From positions 163,992,001 to 164,056,000 of the forward strand of contig CM059425.1 in assembly GCA_030390025.1 (NCBI GenBank): 64,000 bases of DNA, read 5' to 3'. Each line of letters begins with the position of its first letter. Positions within the stretch are counted from its first letter, which is position 1. Below, piece by piece: positions 49,805 through 63,249 of the stretch. The DNA comes from Squalus acanthias. Its lineage: Eukaryota. The position numbers and the translations under genes are program-made. Below the pieces are notes generated by a model. It was not told where the DNA came from. It did no database searches and saw only the letters and a program-made list of their open reading frames with translations.

Positions 49805-51131
49805 TTTCAATAATATGATTAGGCAGAGTCAACATAGTTTTATGAAAGGGAAATCGTGTTTAACAAATTTATTAGTGTTTTTTGAGGATGTAACTAGCAG
49901 GGTAGGTAAAGGGAAACCAGTGGATGTAGTATATTTGGATTTCCAAAAGGCATTCGATAAGATGCCACATAAAAGGTTGCTACGCAAGTCAAGGGCTCAT
50001 GGGGTTGGGGGTAATATATTAGCATGAATAGAGGATTAGGTTTACAGACAGAAAACAGAGAGTAGGGACAAACGGATCTTTTTCCGGTTGGCAGGCTGTA
50101 ACTAGTGGTGTGTCGCAAGGATCAGTGTTTGGGCCTCAGCTATTTACAATCTATATTAACGACTTAGATGAAGGGACCGAGTGCAATGTATCCAAGTTTG
50201 CTGATGATACAAAACTAGGTGGGAAAGTGAGCTATGAGGAGGACACAAAAGGCCAGCAAAGGGATATGGACGGGTTAAGTGAGTGGGCAATAAGGTGGCA
50301 GATGGAGTATAATGTGAGGAAATGTGAGGTTATTCACCTTGGTAGGAAGAATAGAAAAGCAGAATATTTTTTAAATGGTGAGAAACTATTAAATGTTGGC
50401 GTCCAGAGAGATTTAGGTGTCCTCATACAGGAAACACAGAAAGTTAGCATGCAGGTACAGCAAGCATTTAGGAAGGCAAATGGCATGTTGGCCTTTATTG
50501 CAAGAGGGTTGGAATACAAGAGTAAGGAAGTCTTACTACAATTGTACAGGGCCTTGGTGAGACCACACCTGGAGTACTGTGCACAGTTTTGGTCTCCTTA
50601 TCTGAGAAAGGACATACTTGTCTTAGAAGCAATGCAACAAAGGTTCACTAGATTGATCCCTGGGATGAGAGGGTTGTCCTATGATGAGAGATTGTGTAGA
50701 TTGGGCCTATACTTTCTGGAGTTTAGAAGAATGAGAGGTGATCTCATTGAAACATGAAAGATTCTGAAGGGGATTGACAGGGTAGATGCTGAGAGGTTGT
50801 TTCCCCTGGCTGGAGTGTCTAGAACTAGGGGGCATAGTCTCAGGATAAGGAGTCGGCCATTTAAGACTGAGATGAGGAGGAATTTCTTCACTCAGTGGGT
50901 TGTGAATCTTTGGAATTCTCTGCCCCAAAGGGCTGTGGATACTGAGTCTTTGAGTTTATTCAAAGATGAGATAGATAGATTTTTGGACTCTCAGGGAATC
51001 AAGGGATATGGGGATTGGGCAGGAAAGTGGAGTTGAGGTCAAAGATCAGCCATGATCTTATTGAATGGTGGAGCAGGCTCGAGGGACCGTATGGCCTACT
51101 TCTGCTCCTAATTCTTGTGTCCTTATGTTCT
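49805..51131 (+). mobile_element. 5'-truncated CR1 LINE
   Basis: SQHSFMKGKSCLTNLL...FADDTK...LEYCAQFWSPY with stops; possible TSD AGACAG (49799-804, 51132-37). Confidence 0.95.
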
Positions 51132-51316
51132 AGACAGAATCAGGCAGAAGGGAATGCAATCTCCCTTTAAGAGGCACATTCCTGCTTTAAGTAGGCCTCT
51201 GGAGAGCCTGCCAGAATTTGTGCTAAAAAAGATGGCAGGTTTCCTGTTAAGCCACAAATAGGGTGGGAAACCCGTCTGTCTTAATTACATGAGGCCCAGG
51301 TGTTAAAATACCCAGC

Positions 51317-51745
51317 TTGGAGTCAGAAGGTTGTGGGTTCAAGTCCCACTCCAGAGACTTGAGCACAAAAATCTAGACTGACACTCCAGTGCAGTAGTGA
51401 GGGAGTGCTGCATTGTAAGAGGTGCTGTCTTTCGGATGAGACATTAAACTGAGGCGCTGTCTGCTCTCTCAGGTGGACGTAACATATCCCATGACACTAT
51501 TTCGAAAACGAGCAGGGGAGTTATCCCTGGTGTCGTGGCCAACATTTAACCCTCAACCAACATCACTAAAACAGATTATCTGGTATTATCTCATTGCTGT
51601 TTGTGGGAGCTTGCTGTGTGCATATTGGCTACCATGTTTCCTACATTACAACAGTGACTACACTTCAAAAAGTACTTCAATGGCTGTAAAGCACTTTGGG
51701 ACGTCCTTGAGGTTGTGAAGGCACTATATAAATGCAAATCTTTCT
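51317..51745 (+). mobile_element. tRNA-derived Deu-domain SINE with an L2-like tail
   Basis: B-box GGTTCAAGTCC; central region recalled as DeuSINE-like (GATGAGACATTAAAC...CTAAAACAGATTATCTGG...TTGCTGTTTGTGGGA); tail CTTTGGGACGTCC...CTATATAAATGCAA resembles the L2 3' end. Confidence 0.8.
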
Positions 51746-51911
51746 TTTGGATCTTTGGTTTTGCATTGGGCTCTAGCTGAATCTTAAAGAATTCAGACTC
51801 ATATCCAACACACACTGTCGGAGCTCCCACACGGTGCATCATTTAACAAAAATCTTGATGTAAACAGTGTGCTCGACCCAAACCTATTTACTTGAAAATT
51901 GATACATTTAT

Positions 51912-51927
51912 CCACAAGGGGGCAGCA
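51912..51927 (+). promoter_or_regulatory. Candidate CTCF core motif
   Basis: CCACAAGGGGGCAGCA closely matches the CTCF consensus CCACYAGRKGGCRSY; motif match only. Confidence 0.4.
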
Positions 51928-51954
51928 AGCTTATCTAAAGAAGCCTGAGATAGT

Positions 51955-52599
51955 GGCCCTGAAAATCCACAGGTCATTTTGCCAGGATCCCTGTGCCTGT
52001 GACATTCGGCGCTGCCTGCCAAAGTATGTAGGGTCAGGAGAAGGTCATCTGATTTAAATAATGCCGGTGGGTGCCCATGCACCAAGGCCACATCTCGGGT
52101 GCCCAGTTGTCAAAGCAGGCTGGAAGTTGTGGGCTTGGGTGCTGAGTTTCCCACTCCCCCACCCACACCCCCTCACCACCCTCCTGAAAAGAAACTGCAA
52201 GTGTGCCTATTGCCCCCTTAATAAAGGGGCTAAAAAGAATCTGTTAACATTTTGATGAACTTCAGGGTTCCAGGCCACAACCCAGGGAAGAAACCTTTCA
52301 GTAGGCCCCAATTCTGCCAGACGTAAGGTAGGAACACCTGCTCTCACTCATTGAATAGGCCTGTTGCTCTTCTGCCAGGCCAGGAACTAGGCTTTGAAGT
52401 CCCCTCACCCAGCCATATCCATTCTGATGTCACTGTCTATGGCAGGCAGAGGCTCTGCTCCAGACAAGGGCCTGTAAAACTGGCAGGGAAGGCTGGGATG
52501 TGGCATCTCTGGGTCCTGGCCCAATTTCTAGCTCTTCTGCTGCATTCCCACTGGAGTTATTGTGAGAGTCTGCCAGAAGGGCTGTAGATTTTCAGTCCC
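51955..52599. mobile_element. Harbinger-type MITE
   Basis: TIRs GGCCCTGAAAATCCACAG / CTGTAGATTTTCAGTCCC; flanks AGT/AAT. A similar left end occurs at ~12269. Confidence 0.65.
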
Positions 52600-53354
52600 A
52601 ATATCCATAAATTATCAAAATTAACATGTGAGATGACTGAAATTCCCTACATGACACATTCCTAATATTAGCAATGAATTAGCTGAGTTACATCAGGGAA
52701 AAGTTGCCCATGTCCTCAAAGAGAGGGCAAGTCAAAGGACTTGGCTGTTCCTGCAAAGCTCATAGCAACTGGTTTTAAGAGTGAAATTGGCCAATAACTA
52801 GAAGCTCAGTAAAGTTCACAGCTAGGGATTTGAAGAGGGAGACAAATATACACAAAATAAATAGATTGAAAAGTAAACTTAACAAAAAACTGACTAGAGC
52901 AATTATACTTCCTTTTTTTGCAATAAATTGTTTAGCTTTTGGTAAACAATTTATAGAAAGGTTGCCAATAGACAATAATGACACCCCAAATGGGGAGGGA
53001 AAAAAAATCTTTTTGCGAGTCACCATTCCTGCATACTGCGTGGCAGCCAGTACAGAGCAGTAGTGTGAGAGCTTGGAGTAGGTTTTCCACCTACCCTCTT
53101 GGCTGGAATTGAAAAATGAGCTGGGAAGACGAGGAGAAAAATAACACTGAGTTTCTTATTAACTCAGTAAAAAGCTGGTCAGTAATTAGCATAAGATGTT
53201 AATTATTCCTTCAGTGATTTACACAAGATGCAAACCATTTAGATTAGCTTCTAATGACAGTCTAAGCTTAGTGTTTATTATAGAAAAAACTCTTGTATAT
53301 TCTGTGCAATGCTTAGAAGCAAAGTCTCTTGAAATGAAGGTTATTTTTTATTTA

Positions 53355-53910
53355 TTCACAGGATGTGGGCGTCGCTGGCAAGGCCAGCATTTATTGCCCA
53401 TCCCTAGTTGCCCTTCAGAAGGTGGTGGTGAGCTGCCTTCTTGAACTGCTGCAGTCCATGTGGTGAAGGTACTCTCATAGTGCTGTTAGGGAGGAAGTTC
53501 CAGGATTGTGACCCAGCGGAGATGAAGGAATGGCGATATATTTCCAAGTGAGGATGGTTTGTGACTTGGAGGGAAACTTGGAGGTGTTGGTGTTTCCATG
53601 TGCCTACTGCCCTTGTCCTAGCTGGTAGAGGTCGCGGGTTTGGGAGGTGCTGTCAAAAAGGCCTTGGCGAGTTGCTCCAGTGCATCTTGTAGATGGTACA
53701 CACTGCAGCCACAGTGCGCCGGTGGTGGAGGGAGTGAATGTTTAAGGTGGTGGATGGGGTTCCAATCGAGTAGGCTTCTTTGTCCTGGATGGTGTCGAGC
53801 TTCTTGAGTGTTGTTGGAGCTGCATTCATCCAGGAAAGTGGAGAGTATTCCATCAAACTCCTGACTTGTGTCTTATAGATGATGGGAAGGCTTTGCGGAG
53901 TCACTTGCCG
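53355..53910 (-). mobile_element. 3' end of the second jockey-group LINE family
   Basis: TPQSLP.IYKTQVRSLMEYSPLSW..AAPTTLKKLDTIQ; matches 57700-58250. Confidence 0.9.
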
Positions 53911-53995
53911 CATGTTCATAACATCAGGTCATTTCAGAATTTTTCCAGTGTGGGTGGTCTGTTAACTTTAGTGATAGAGCAAGATGTTAAGACTT

Positions 53996-54722
53996 GGGGG
54001 AAAAATTGAGTCGCGCCCCCTTTGGGGCGCTAACTTCACCGGGGCGTGACCGAAATTCATCGGTAGCGCCCCAAGACGGAAATGGGGTGCTACTGGAAGC
54101 GCCCCGCCTCCCTCTTGGGGTGCTGTGAGTGAATATCGCGGCGCTACGTGCCGCAGTGCGTGGCGCTGTGGCACGTCGTGCCGCGGTACTGCAGGCCTTC
54201 CTCCCCTTCTTAAAGGGGAAGTGCCTAGTGCAGCGCGACCCGGGGCCCAGCTGGACCACCAGGGATCGGAGTGCCGGCAAAAGAGCCCGGCACTCAAGAG
54301 AAGTGCCGGGCTCACGGAGTGCAGCTGGCACTCCACGGGGGGTGGGGGGGGGGGGCCTCAGAGGAGGCCGGGGACGGCAGAGGGGGCAGGTGCTCGCAGG
54401 CGGCCAGCAACAAAAATGGCCGCCCGGCACCTTCCCTTTAATTAGCGCCGCCCCGGCCGCAGGTAGGCCCCCCTGACCCCGTCGGACATAGCGTCTGGTG
54501 GTAAGTCAGGGGGCGCTACTGAAGATTGCAGCCAGGGCGCAGGCGGGGCGCTGTGCACAGCGATGATGTCATCGGCGGTGGCGCAGCACCGCGGGGCGCT
54601 AATGGTTACCGCCGCTGCTAACCTCCCGCTGAATTTCGTGGGAGGCGTTAGTGGCGCCGCGCCCAGGCGCTGGTTGCTTTGCACCCAGTACGGGAGGTGC
54701 AAAGCAACCGAATTTTTAGGCC
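53996..54722. mobile_element. GC-rich Harbinger MITE (partial second copy at ~62598-63008)
   Basis: Termini GGGGGAAAAATT / AATTTTTAGGCC. Subterminal GTCGCGCCCC..TTGGGGCGC and ACGGGAGG.GCAA are shared with the 13480/20461 family. Confidence 0.8.
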
Positions 54723-55084
54723 GCAATCTCTAATTGCAAGACACATTCAACCTGTTAATAGGGAAACAGTAGCACATGTGCCACCTTTTAATGGCGATGT
54801 CAGTCTATAATTACCTATTTAAACACACATCGTCAACCTGTTAATGAGCAATTAAAAACACAAAATCTAAATGTTCCATCAAGATCCAATTATATATGGA
54901 TCAATGTAACTCCTAATCATAGAAGCCGATACAAAGGCAATGTTCCAACTCCCATTATTGCCTGGTGGCATATCCCAATCTAGCACGACCCGTACAGATA
55001 ATTGTGTAGATTTAAATCCCAATCTGTGCATAGTTAGCTGACTCTTTCTTTATCATATGCTTGCCTAATAAAAGTCAACCATGT

Positions 55085-55270
55085 GCCCCCTTTTTAAAGG
55101 AGCACAAACAATAAGGACTGTAACTTAAAACAAATTAAAAGGAATCTTAACAAATCAAATTAAAATTTTGTTCCCAGTGGTGATGATGCACTCCAGTCCC
55201 TCTGGTGCCCACCAGTCGCGGAAGGCCTCGGGTGTGCCGGTGGACACCGCGTGCTCCATCTCCAGGGCCA
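55085..55270 (-). mobile_element. Probable L1/Tx1-like LINE extreme 3' fragment
   Basis: Minus strand reads ALEMEHAVSTGTPEAFRDWWAPEGLECII...ILI*, recalled as resembling Tx1-type ORF2 ends. Confidence 0.5.
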
Positions 55271-57539
55271 ATGCTGAGTTAGCTGATCCCATTAGTAGGT
55301 TGCTACAATTGGTTTCAGAACCCCAGGGTTAGGAAGAGAAAAAATCAATCAGTCAGATCCCAACACTGATTTTTTTCTAGTAATCCTACTGGAAAGTGTG
55401 TACATGTAAATTTTGGGTGGCAGGATTGAGAACAGCTACAATACCTTGCCCACTCAAATAGGCTGCCAGGACTCACTGACTACACTCGCATGAAGAACAG
55501 CCATTTTGGGTGAGGTACTAGAGAGTTGTCGGCACCTGTGAAACTGAACCCAGGGACTGCTTTCTGGAGAAAAAGGAATAAATTGGGGGGGACAAAACAA
55601 AAATTAAGCTATAGATTAAAAAAAACAACTTTACATTGAGAATACACATTCTATTGATTGGCCCTTGCAGTCTCCCTCTCGGGTAGAACATCTCACCTAG
55701 GCTGCTACTTATCCTACAGCATCCTAGTCATAATCCGCCAAACAGACTTTATCCTTTCAAACATACTGTTTCTGCTATCACTTACCTGTGCTGGTTCATT
55801 TATTATGGACATGACTTACTGCCCCATTTAACCATCCACATAATGATGAATCACAAGGGGTGTTAATCTGTTGTTTCTACCCCTCCTCCTGTCTTTTTTT
55901 CTCTAATTCTCCAACCTTATTAACATGGTAGTCAATCTTCTAATTTTCAGTTACAGTGAAGAGTATATGTCCAAAATGTTACCTTGTTTTTTTCTCTTTA
56001 CAGCTGCTGGCAGACCTGCTGTGTATTTCTATTGTTATTTCAGATTTCTGTTTCCAGTGTTTTTATCTTGGGAATAATTCTATACTGTTTATCTTCTCAA
56101 AACCTTTTCTAAGTTTAACCAGATAAAGATTTTTGGTGCATAACACTTCCCTTTTCTTTCTTTTAAGAGCAAGACTACCTAATTGTTTAAGGTATTTATC
56201 CTCCCCTTCTCCTTTCATTAAGTCCTTCAGGTTCACTTACCTGTACTCAATCTCCATTGTTATTACTAATCTTGACTAATTTTCACAGAACTTGCCAAGG
56301 ATAGAAGAATGCAAAAGAAATAACTTTAAAACTGTTACTGTTTTTGTAAAATTTGCTAACTGTAACAACACGTTATTAATAGAGCAGTGGTAGGCACCAT
56401 TGACTCATCGATCAGCCAAACCAAGGGATGAGTCAGATGGGAGGCAGATTGATTTTCAGCTCTGGGGAGCAGCCTAAAGTTGCTCATCTCTGTAGGAATG
56501 ACCTGCACTGATCTCGTTTAATCACTTTTCAGTTCAGAGTGATGCGCACAAAGTTTGGATAAAGTTGAAAATTAAAGGCTTGTAAAAGACTTGTGAAAAT
56601 TTTGCAAGAAAAACAAAAGAAAGAGACAACTTGTTGGCGAGTTGTGCAAGCCATAGACTAAAATATGGGCATGCATCCTTCCAGATATTCCAACGTGGAT
56701 TCCAAGATGGACCATCATGCAGGTTAAATCTACATGTTTGTTTTAAGGGTTTTCTTTTTGTTTTAACTATTTATTTGTTTTTTGTGAGTGTAAACATGGC
56801 AGTAAAACTGTCTTGAATGTGACTTTCTTGTCAGAAGGGAAGAACCTCCTACACAATTTGAAAAACAGTTGATTGTGATTAACTAACCATCACAAGACAT
56901 TTACTCTTCCCCCCCCCTCCCCCCCCTCCCCTCCCCTCAGTGTATTGTTGTTTTATCTGTATGCGCTATACTTTAACAATGCAATGCAGCACTTGCATAA
57001 CACCATACTCTGGTGTGGCAAAGGGACATCAGATCTGAATTCAATTTCTACTGAATCTGACTTCCAAATGGAATATTAAATGTACAAATTCAGAAATGCT
57101 GTCTACACTCCGAGCTAGCTGAGGCCCAACTCAGACCCCCATTACTGAATTCCATACACCCGCTGAAAAAGCTGCTGCCTCCTTCGACTGTTATGGGTTC
57201 AGGTCTTTGGGGACAGGGCAATGGGTGGACTCATTGATCGAGTTCTAATGTCTGCTTTTCTGATGGCAAAATTGCATTGAAAACCTTAATGAGCTTAAAT
57301 AAATGTCTCCACATTATTAGATACAGATAAATCTATCTTTTGATGTCCAGCTTAGATTTTAGAAATTTCATGGATATTTTATTTAGAAATTGGAATATCT
57401 GGATCAAAATCAGGTGGCAATGCTGTTCTCTCAAAACCAGTTTGCATCTTCATGCAATTATTTTCCCTTTCCCCTTGTCTGCTGAAGGAAACCTCAGTTA
57501 AAACATTTTTTTAAAAACAGTAAATTTAAAAGTCTAAAC

Positions 57540-58250
57540 ACTGCCCCTTGACATTCAATGGCATTACCATCACCGAATCCCCCACTATCAACATCATGGG
57601 GGTCACCATTGACCAGAAACTTAACTGGACCAGCCATATAAATACTGTGGCAACAAGAGCAGGTCAGGGGCTAGGTATTCTGCAGCGAGTGTCTCACCTC
57701 CTGACTCCCCAAAGCCTTTCCACCATCTACAAGGCACAAGTAAAGAGTGTGATGGAATACTCTCCACTTGCCTGGATGCATGCAGCTCCAACAACACTCA
57801 AGAAGCTCGACACCATTCAGGACAAAGCAGCCTGCTTGATTGTCACCCCCTCTACCCCCTTAAACATTCACTCCCTCCACCACCGGCGTACCGTGGCTGC
57901 AGTGTGTACCATCTACAAGCTGCACTGCAGCAACTCGCCAAGGCTTCTTCGACAGCACCTCCCAAACCCGCGACCTCTTCCACCTAGAAGGACAAGGGCA
58001 GCAGATACATGGGAACACCACCACCTCCAAGTTCCCCTCCCAGTCACACATCATCCTGACTTAGAAGTATATCGCCAATCCTTCATTGTCGTTGGATCAA
58101 AATCCTGGAACTCCCTACCTAGCAGCACTGTGGGAATACCTTCACCACACGGACTGCAGCAGTTCAAGAAGGCAGCTCACCACCACCTTCTCAAGGGCAA
58201 TTAGGGATGTGCAATAAATGCTGGCCTTGCCAGCGACGCCCACATCCCAT
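57540..58250 (+). mobile_element. 3' end of the second jockey-group LINE family
   Basis: ORF 57548-58204: GVTIDQKLNWTSHI...IYKAQVKSVMEYSPLAW...WNSLP; A-rich tail. Confidence 0.92.
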
Positions 58251-59989
58251 AAAAAACAAATTAAAAAAAACTGTGCGCATGTAGAAACTGAGAGCGGTTG
58301 AGAAGGCAGTGACCAATTTTCCCCAATACTTGTCAACATCAGAAACAGGATTCTATAAAAGAACAAAGGAGTACAGGTATTACAGGAGCAGTTGTTATCT
58401 TGCCTTGGTCATTGATAAACGCCTCACACCCATTTCTTTGAGAGGTCCCTGGTGCTGGAACAGTTGGCAGTGGTTGTCTGTCACAAGCCCTCCCCTTGAC
58501 TTGCAAACACAGGGAGGTAAAAGTAGACAGAGATACCATCAGTCAGGCTTTGAAAGAGAAAGCTGCAAGGGCAAGCTTTTGTAATACTGAGGAGATTAGA
58601 ATACAGGAGGACAGTGATTTTGTTTAAGTTAAGGAAGACCACCCCCGATGCAGAGACTGTAGCATCCTCATTATTTTATATTATTACATGAATACAAGCT
58701 GTTACAATTAAATTAAGTTAGTCTGATCATAACTTTAGCTCTATAAGTTAACTTGCTGTAAAATAAATCAGCTTGCATGATTCTATGCGGCCTCATCTTA
58801 TCAAGTGCTTCTTGGTCCACCGTCAAAAAGATTGGAGAGGCATGTGGAGGTGCATGCAAAAGACACAAATATCCAGCTCAAATTATACAGAGGTACAGCG
58901 CTGGGTTATGCTATTGTATAGGCACACACTGAAATGTAAGATGCTCAGACAGCTTACGGAAGTAACTAGCACTGCTGTACTGAAGAGAATACCTACAGCA
59001 AGACTCTAATCCCGTAACAGATTATCAGCGTTAAATTTCATCTGCCATTGTTTTGCCTTTCATGCTCTTGCTGGTCTTCCTCTGCAGCAGTGTTGGTTTA
59101 TTTCAAAGAGCTAGCGATGCATCATACATGCTATAAGTAAGCCTTAGAATATGGTGTGCTTTTAACTGAACTGCCTGTTATTGCCACAATATTGAGCTTA
59201 ACTAACTTAACACACATCTTCAGCGCAGTAGCACCCACAAGCTGCTTGCTACAAATAGCAACTTGTCAGAATGCGATAAATATGTGGGGAATTGGCTGCT
59301 GAATTGCTCTACCAATATTACTGCTCTGTACCTCACAAATAGTGCAGGCATTCTTTGGAAAGCCAACAATAATTTCCAGGCATCAATGTTTAATGTTAGT
59401 CTAAATGGGCAGTCTTCCAAACTGGCAGGAGCAGAGACATTGGATGTGAATACAAACTGTGTTACATCTGATGCCCATTGGCACAGTAATTAGGGCCTTG
59501 CATCCTGGTTATACTGAACATACAAAATCAGATTGGCTCCAAAATTTGCTGTAGTTTTTCCATTTAAATTTTGAGTGTCAAACTGAAGCCAGTGTGAACT
59601 AGATCTACTTCAGGAGCGGGTATCACTTCAGCACAAATTCAAATACATGCTGACTGCACCCAGTACAACAGGGACTTCTCCATTAATCCATCTGCACAAT
59701 TTCATATATTGAGCATGGATTATAATGTTGCATCTTAGTATAACTGAGGTGTTTGTGCTACCACATCACAAACAGGATTTAACTGTATTCAACTCCTAAT
59801 TTTTATGTATTATCCATGTAAATTCCTGTATAAACAAAATAATTCAAGTCAGGAGAATTTATTCTGCTCAAAGATCTAACTCCCTCCTTCCAATCCTTCT
59901 CCCCACCACCAGTAAAATTGGGATAAAATCCTGTTACTACTTACAAGTCCAAGACCATAAGGAAATGACAAATACTTATGATTTTAATG

Positions 59990-60335
59990 GGGTACGGTAA
60001 TGGTTATGTTACTTGACTAGTAATCCAGTAGGTCTGGACTAATGATCTACTTCAAATCCCACCATGGCAGTTTAAATTCAGTTTAAAAAAGAAATCTGGA
60101 ATTAAAAAGCTGGTATCAGTTAATGTGACCAAAATGAATTTATCGGATTGTTGTAAAAACCCAATTATTAATGTCCGACGTGGTTGACTCCACTGCCCTC
60201 TGAAGTGGCCCAGCAATCCACTCAGGTGTATCAAACCGCTACAGCAGTTCAAGAAGAAGGCCCACCACCACCTGCTCATGGTAACGAGGGATAGGCAGTA
60301 AATGCTGGTATTGCTGGCGACGCCCATATCCCGGG
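59990..60335 (+). mobile_element. SINE sharing the 3' tail of the 57540-58250 LINE family
   Basis: tRNA-like head (TTCAAATCCCACCATGGCAG); tail CAGCAGTTCAAGAAG..GG.CCACCACCAC...AAATGCTGG...GCGACGCCCA matches 58156-58250. Confidence 0.65.
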
Positions 60336-60577
60336 AAGATATATTTTTTAATGTACTGCCATCACTAGATTTATATGAAGTACATCGAATATGTGCATCC
60401 TCTAAGTTGCCATGCACGGCAACAAATCAGTTCTGACATTAACCATTCTGCATTTGGTGGTGTGGAGTCATCTGAACATAGCCCACAGTCAGCGACATGG
60501 CTAGGCAAATAGCATTGTGCCTGGAGTGCCAGCTCACAACTTGGAAATATTAGGTAACTAGTAAGTAAGATTGTATA

Positions 60578-60765
60578 CAACAACAACTTGCACTTATATA
60601 GCACGTTTAATGTAGTAAAACGTCCCAGGGCGCTTCACAGGATCATTATCAAACAAAATTTGACACCGAGCCACATAAGGAGATATTAAGACAGATGACC
60701 AAAGGCTTGGTCAAAGAGCTAGGTTTTAAGGAACGTCTTAACGAAGGAGAGGTGGAGAGGCTTAG
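60578..60765 (-). mobile_element. L2 3' UTR fragment
   Basis: Reverse complement of 34390-34579, including the (CAA)n tail. Confidence 0.85.
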
Positions 60766-60870
60766 AATGTAGCAGAACATCTATAGGAAACAAAATTCCA
60801 TTGGATTTGACAATTTTGTCCATTTTCCAACTGATACTGTTCCTCCATGAATGCTTAATGTGGAATCATT

Positions 60871-61019
60871 GGGAATAATTTTCACATCCACCACCTGTGC
60901 GGTAATGTGACCGATCGGATTGCCCACCTACCTGCATGAATATAGGGCAGGTTCAATAATGCGAATGCACCCTGCTCTGCCAGATTACTGCTCATATGAT
61001 GAAGGTGAAAATTACCCCC
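60871..61019. mobile_element. ~150-bp MITE
   Basis: Termini GGGAATAATTTTCAC / GTGAAAATTACCCCC; flanks ATT/ATA. Confidence 0.55.
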
Positions 61020-62069
61020 ATAGGTTATTACAGCTCAGAAGGAGGCCATTTGGCCCACTGCCATTTTGCCTGCTCTCTGAAAAAGCTATCAACTTAATTT
61101 CATTTCCCCATACCATTTAAAATTTTCCTTTTTCAAATATTTATTCACTTCCCTTTTAAAATGTATTATAGATTCTGCTTCCACCACTGCTTCTGCTCTG
61201 TGTCAAATAAAATTCTTCTGATTTCTTATTTTGTTCTTTTGGTAATAATCTAAAATTTATGCCCTATATCTACTCGGGTGGATTTTAACTCCCAGGCAGG
61301 AAGTCTCCATGGGAGTCTCCATTTACATCCCAGCAGCCTGCCTGAAATGGATGGAAAGAGGCAGATAGCCGGCTTCAGGCAGGTCAAAATGGTGGATCCA
61401 TTAGTCTCTGTAATGTGTTTTAATGAGAGATAGATCATTTGCAACAAGAAGCTGAAACAGCTACTAGTCAGGTTGTGACGGGACATCTCATACCATTTGT
61501 CCTTCACCTTTAGTAAAGTAACATTGCTTAGACCCAATCAATGTAATATTTTTAGATATTCAAGATTTGTGTTCCGAGGCCACTTCTGTAATACTGTAAC
61601 ATAAATGTGTATTTGGCACTTCAACAGCCAAAAAGAGATTTTCCAAACTCTGGTGTTAAAGTGATGGGCAACATACTTCCCGTCTACCAACTGCCTGATT
61701 GGTTGGAATCAAATGGCATATTTTGTTTCTTTGGTATCAACCATTGGAATTGTTCCACCTGTATAAAACAGGACATCTGGGAACCACACTAATAAGTAGT
61801 TCATTTCTTAAGTGAGGAAACATTTTCTAACCCACTAGTCATGATTCAAGATTCATCAACTTTACTTTAAATTCAGCCCATCTTTCTTTTCCACATTTAC
61901 TTATTTATTTAGCTGTAAAGTTCCCTCTACCCTAAACGCAGTGGGGGTAATGTTTGATGCTTTCATGCTTTTCAGACCGGGAGGACGCCTTTGGGCGTTT
62001 GGTCATCTTCTTGATAACATTAGCTGGCAAGTTCTCAGTGAACTAGCACACACAGGGAGACCACGTGTA

Positions 62070-62597
62070 AATTGTCATCAGCTCCCCTTGCAGGTCCTTG
62101 TACTCACTACCAACATTGAGGCAGGGTTCCAGAAGCAACTGAAGACTGGAGCTGCCTTCATAGACTTGTCATCGGCATACGACACTGTCTGGCGTGAACG
62201 CCTGCTACTGAAGCTTTCAATAATCATCCAATGCAGCAAGACTCTCAGGCTTATCAACACCCTAATGAGCAACCATAAGTTCCGCGTCTATCTTGGTGAC
62301 AAGACCAGCAGAACACAGACACTCAACAATGGTCTGCCACAAGGGTCGGTGCTCGCACTGGCCTTTTTCAACATCTGCACGGTGGATGTGTCCTGCACCA
62401 AATCCTGGAGGTTCGCCTATGCCGATGCCATAGCACTGCTGATGCAGGCATCAATGCTAGAGGAAGCAAGTAGGACACTCACAAGTGACCTGGACCTACT
62501 GGAATACTGGCGCCTCCACCCCAATCCAGAGAAAACAGTTGTGTCAGTGTTCCATTTGAACAACAACGCCACCGGGAAGAACTCAATGTTTTTCTGT
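62070..62597 (+). mobile_element. Non-LTR RT fragment, probably Vingi/I-group
   Basis: IEAGFQKQLKTGAAFIDLSSAYDTVW, LNNGLPQGSVLA, FAYADAIAL (YADD degenerate), WRLHPNPEKT...FHLNN; truncated by a MITE fragment at 62598. Confidence 0.75.
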
Positions 62598-63249
62598 GGA
62601 GCGCAGCTGGCACTCTGCGGGGGGGCGGGTCAGGAGGCCCGGGACAGAAGCGGAGGCAGGTGCTGGCAGATGGCCAGCAGCAAAAATGGCTGCCCGGCAC
62701 CTCGCCTTTAAATAGCGCCGCCCCGGCCGCAGGTAGGCCCCCCTGACCCTGTCAGACATAGTGTCCGGCAGTAAGTCAGGTTGCGCTACCGAAGATCGCA
62801 GCTGGGGGGGGGGGCGGGGGGGAACGTGCACAGCGATGATGTCATCTACGGCGGAGCAGCGCCACAGGGCGCTAATGGTTACTGCTGCCGCTAACCTCCC
62901 GCTGAATTTCGTGGGAGGCATTGGCAGTGCCGCGCCCGGGCGCTAGTTGCTTTGCGCCCCATTAGCGCCCTCTTAGGGCGCTAACGGGAGGCGCAAAGCA
63001 ACTGAATTGTTTGCATTGCTCAATTTTAAATTAGCTGATAGAAGTGGATTTTTCAAATTATTGTAAGTATGCCTTTGTGTTTGATGCAAATTATTTGCAT
63101 GTATTACATACATTGTTGCAAAATCTTTACTCCCCCTCCTATATCTAAGTATAGTAAAACTCAGTGGGATAAGTCCAATGTAAATGCTTACAGACATGTT
63201 TTAGCATATTAAAGAAGCAGTGACACGAGGTATCGATTCCTGACTCTTA

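Larger units (their letters stand above)
44191..51316 (-). mobile_element. Old Myb-only Harbinger-type element split by L2 and CR1 insertions
   Basis: Putative TIRs GTCGGGTATTTTCAC / GTTAAAATACCCAGC. Myb exon 1 ~49788-49548 (MGRMRGRQAPRFSEVSLEVM...RIWMKCRMCFNDFTR), exon 2 from ~49157 (EKTAINTRESSRTG), exon 3 ~48853-48585 plus ~45040-44400. No TSD seen. Confidence 0.65.

Noticed and set aside
53968..54726. CpG-island-like region with several ORFs, suggesting a host promoter
   Set aside because: It is bounded by Harbinger-type termini and repeated at 62598-63008, so it is a GC-rich MITE.
55925..56050. Third family-A Penelope fragment or hammerhead
   Set aside because: The downstream part resembles 1090-1160, but the CUGANGA and GAAA cores are destroyed; not called as a ribozyme.
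59215..59493. ~90-codon open frame in unique sequence (...SECDKYVGNWLLNCST...)
   Set aside because: No recognisable homology or convincing splice context; the length is compatible with chance.
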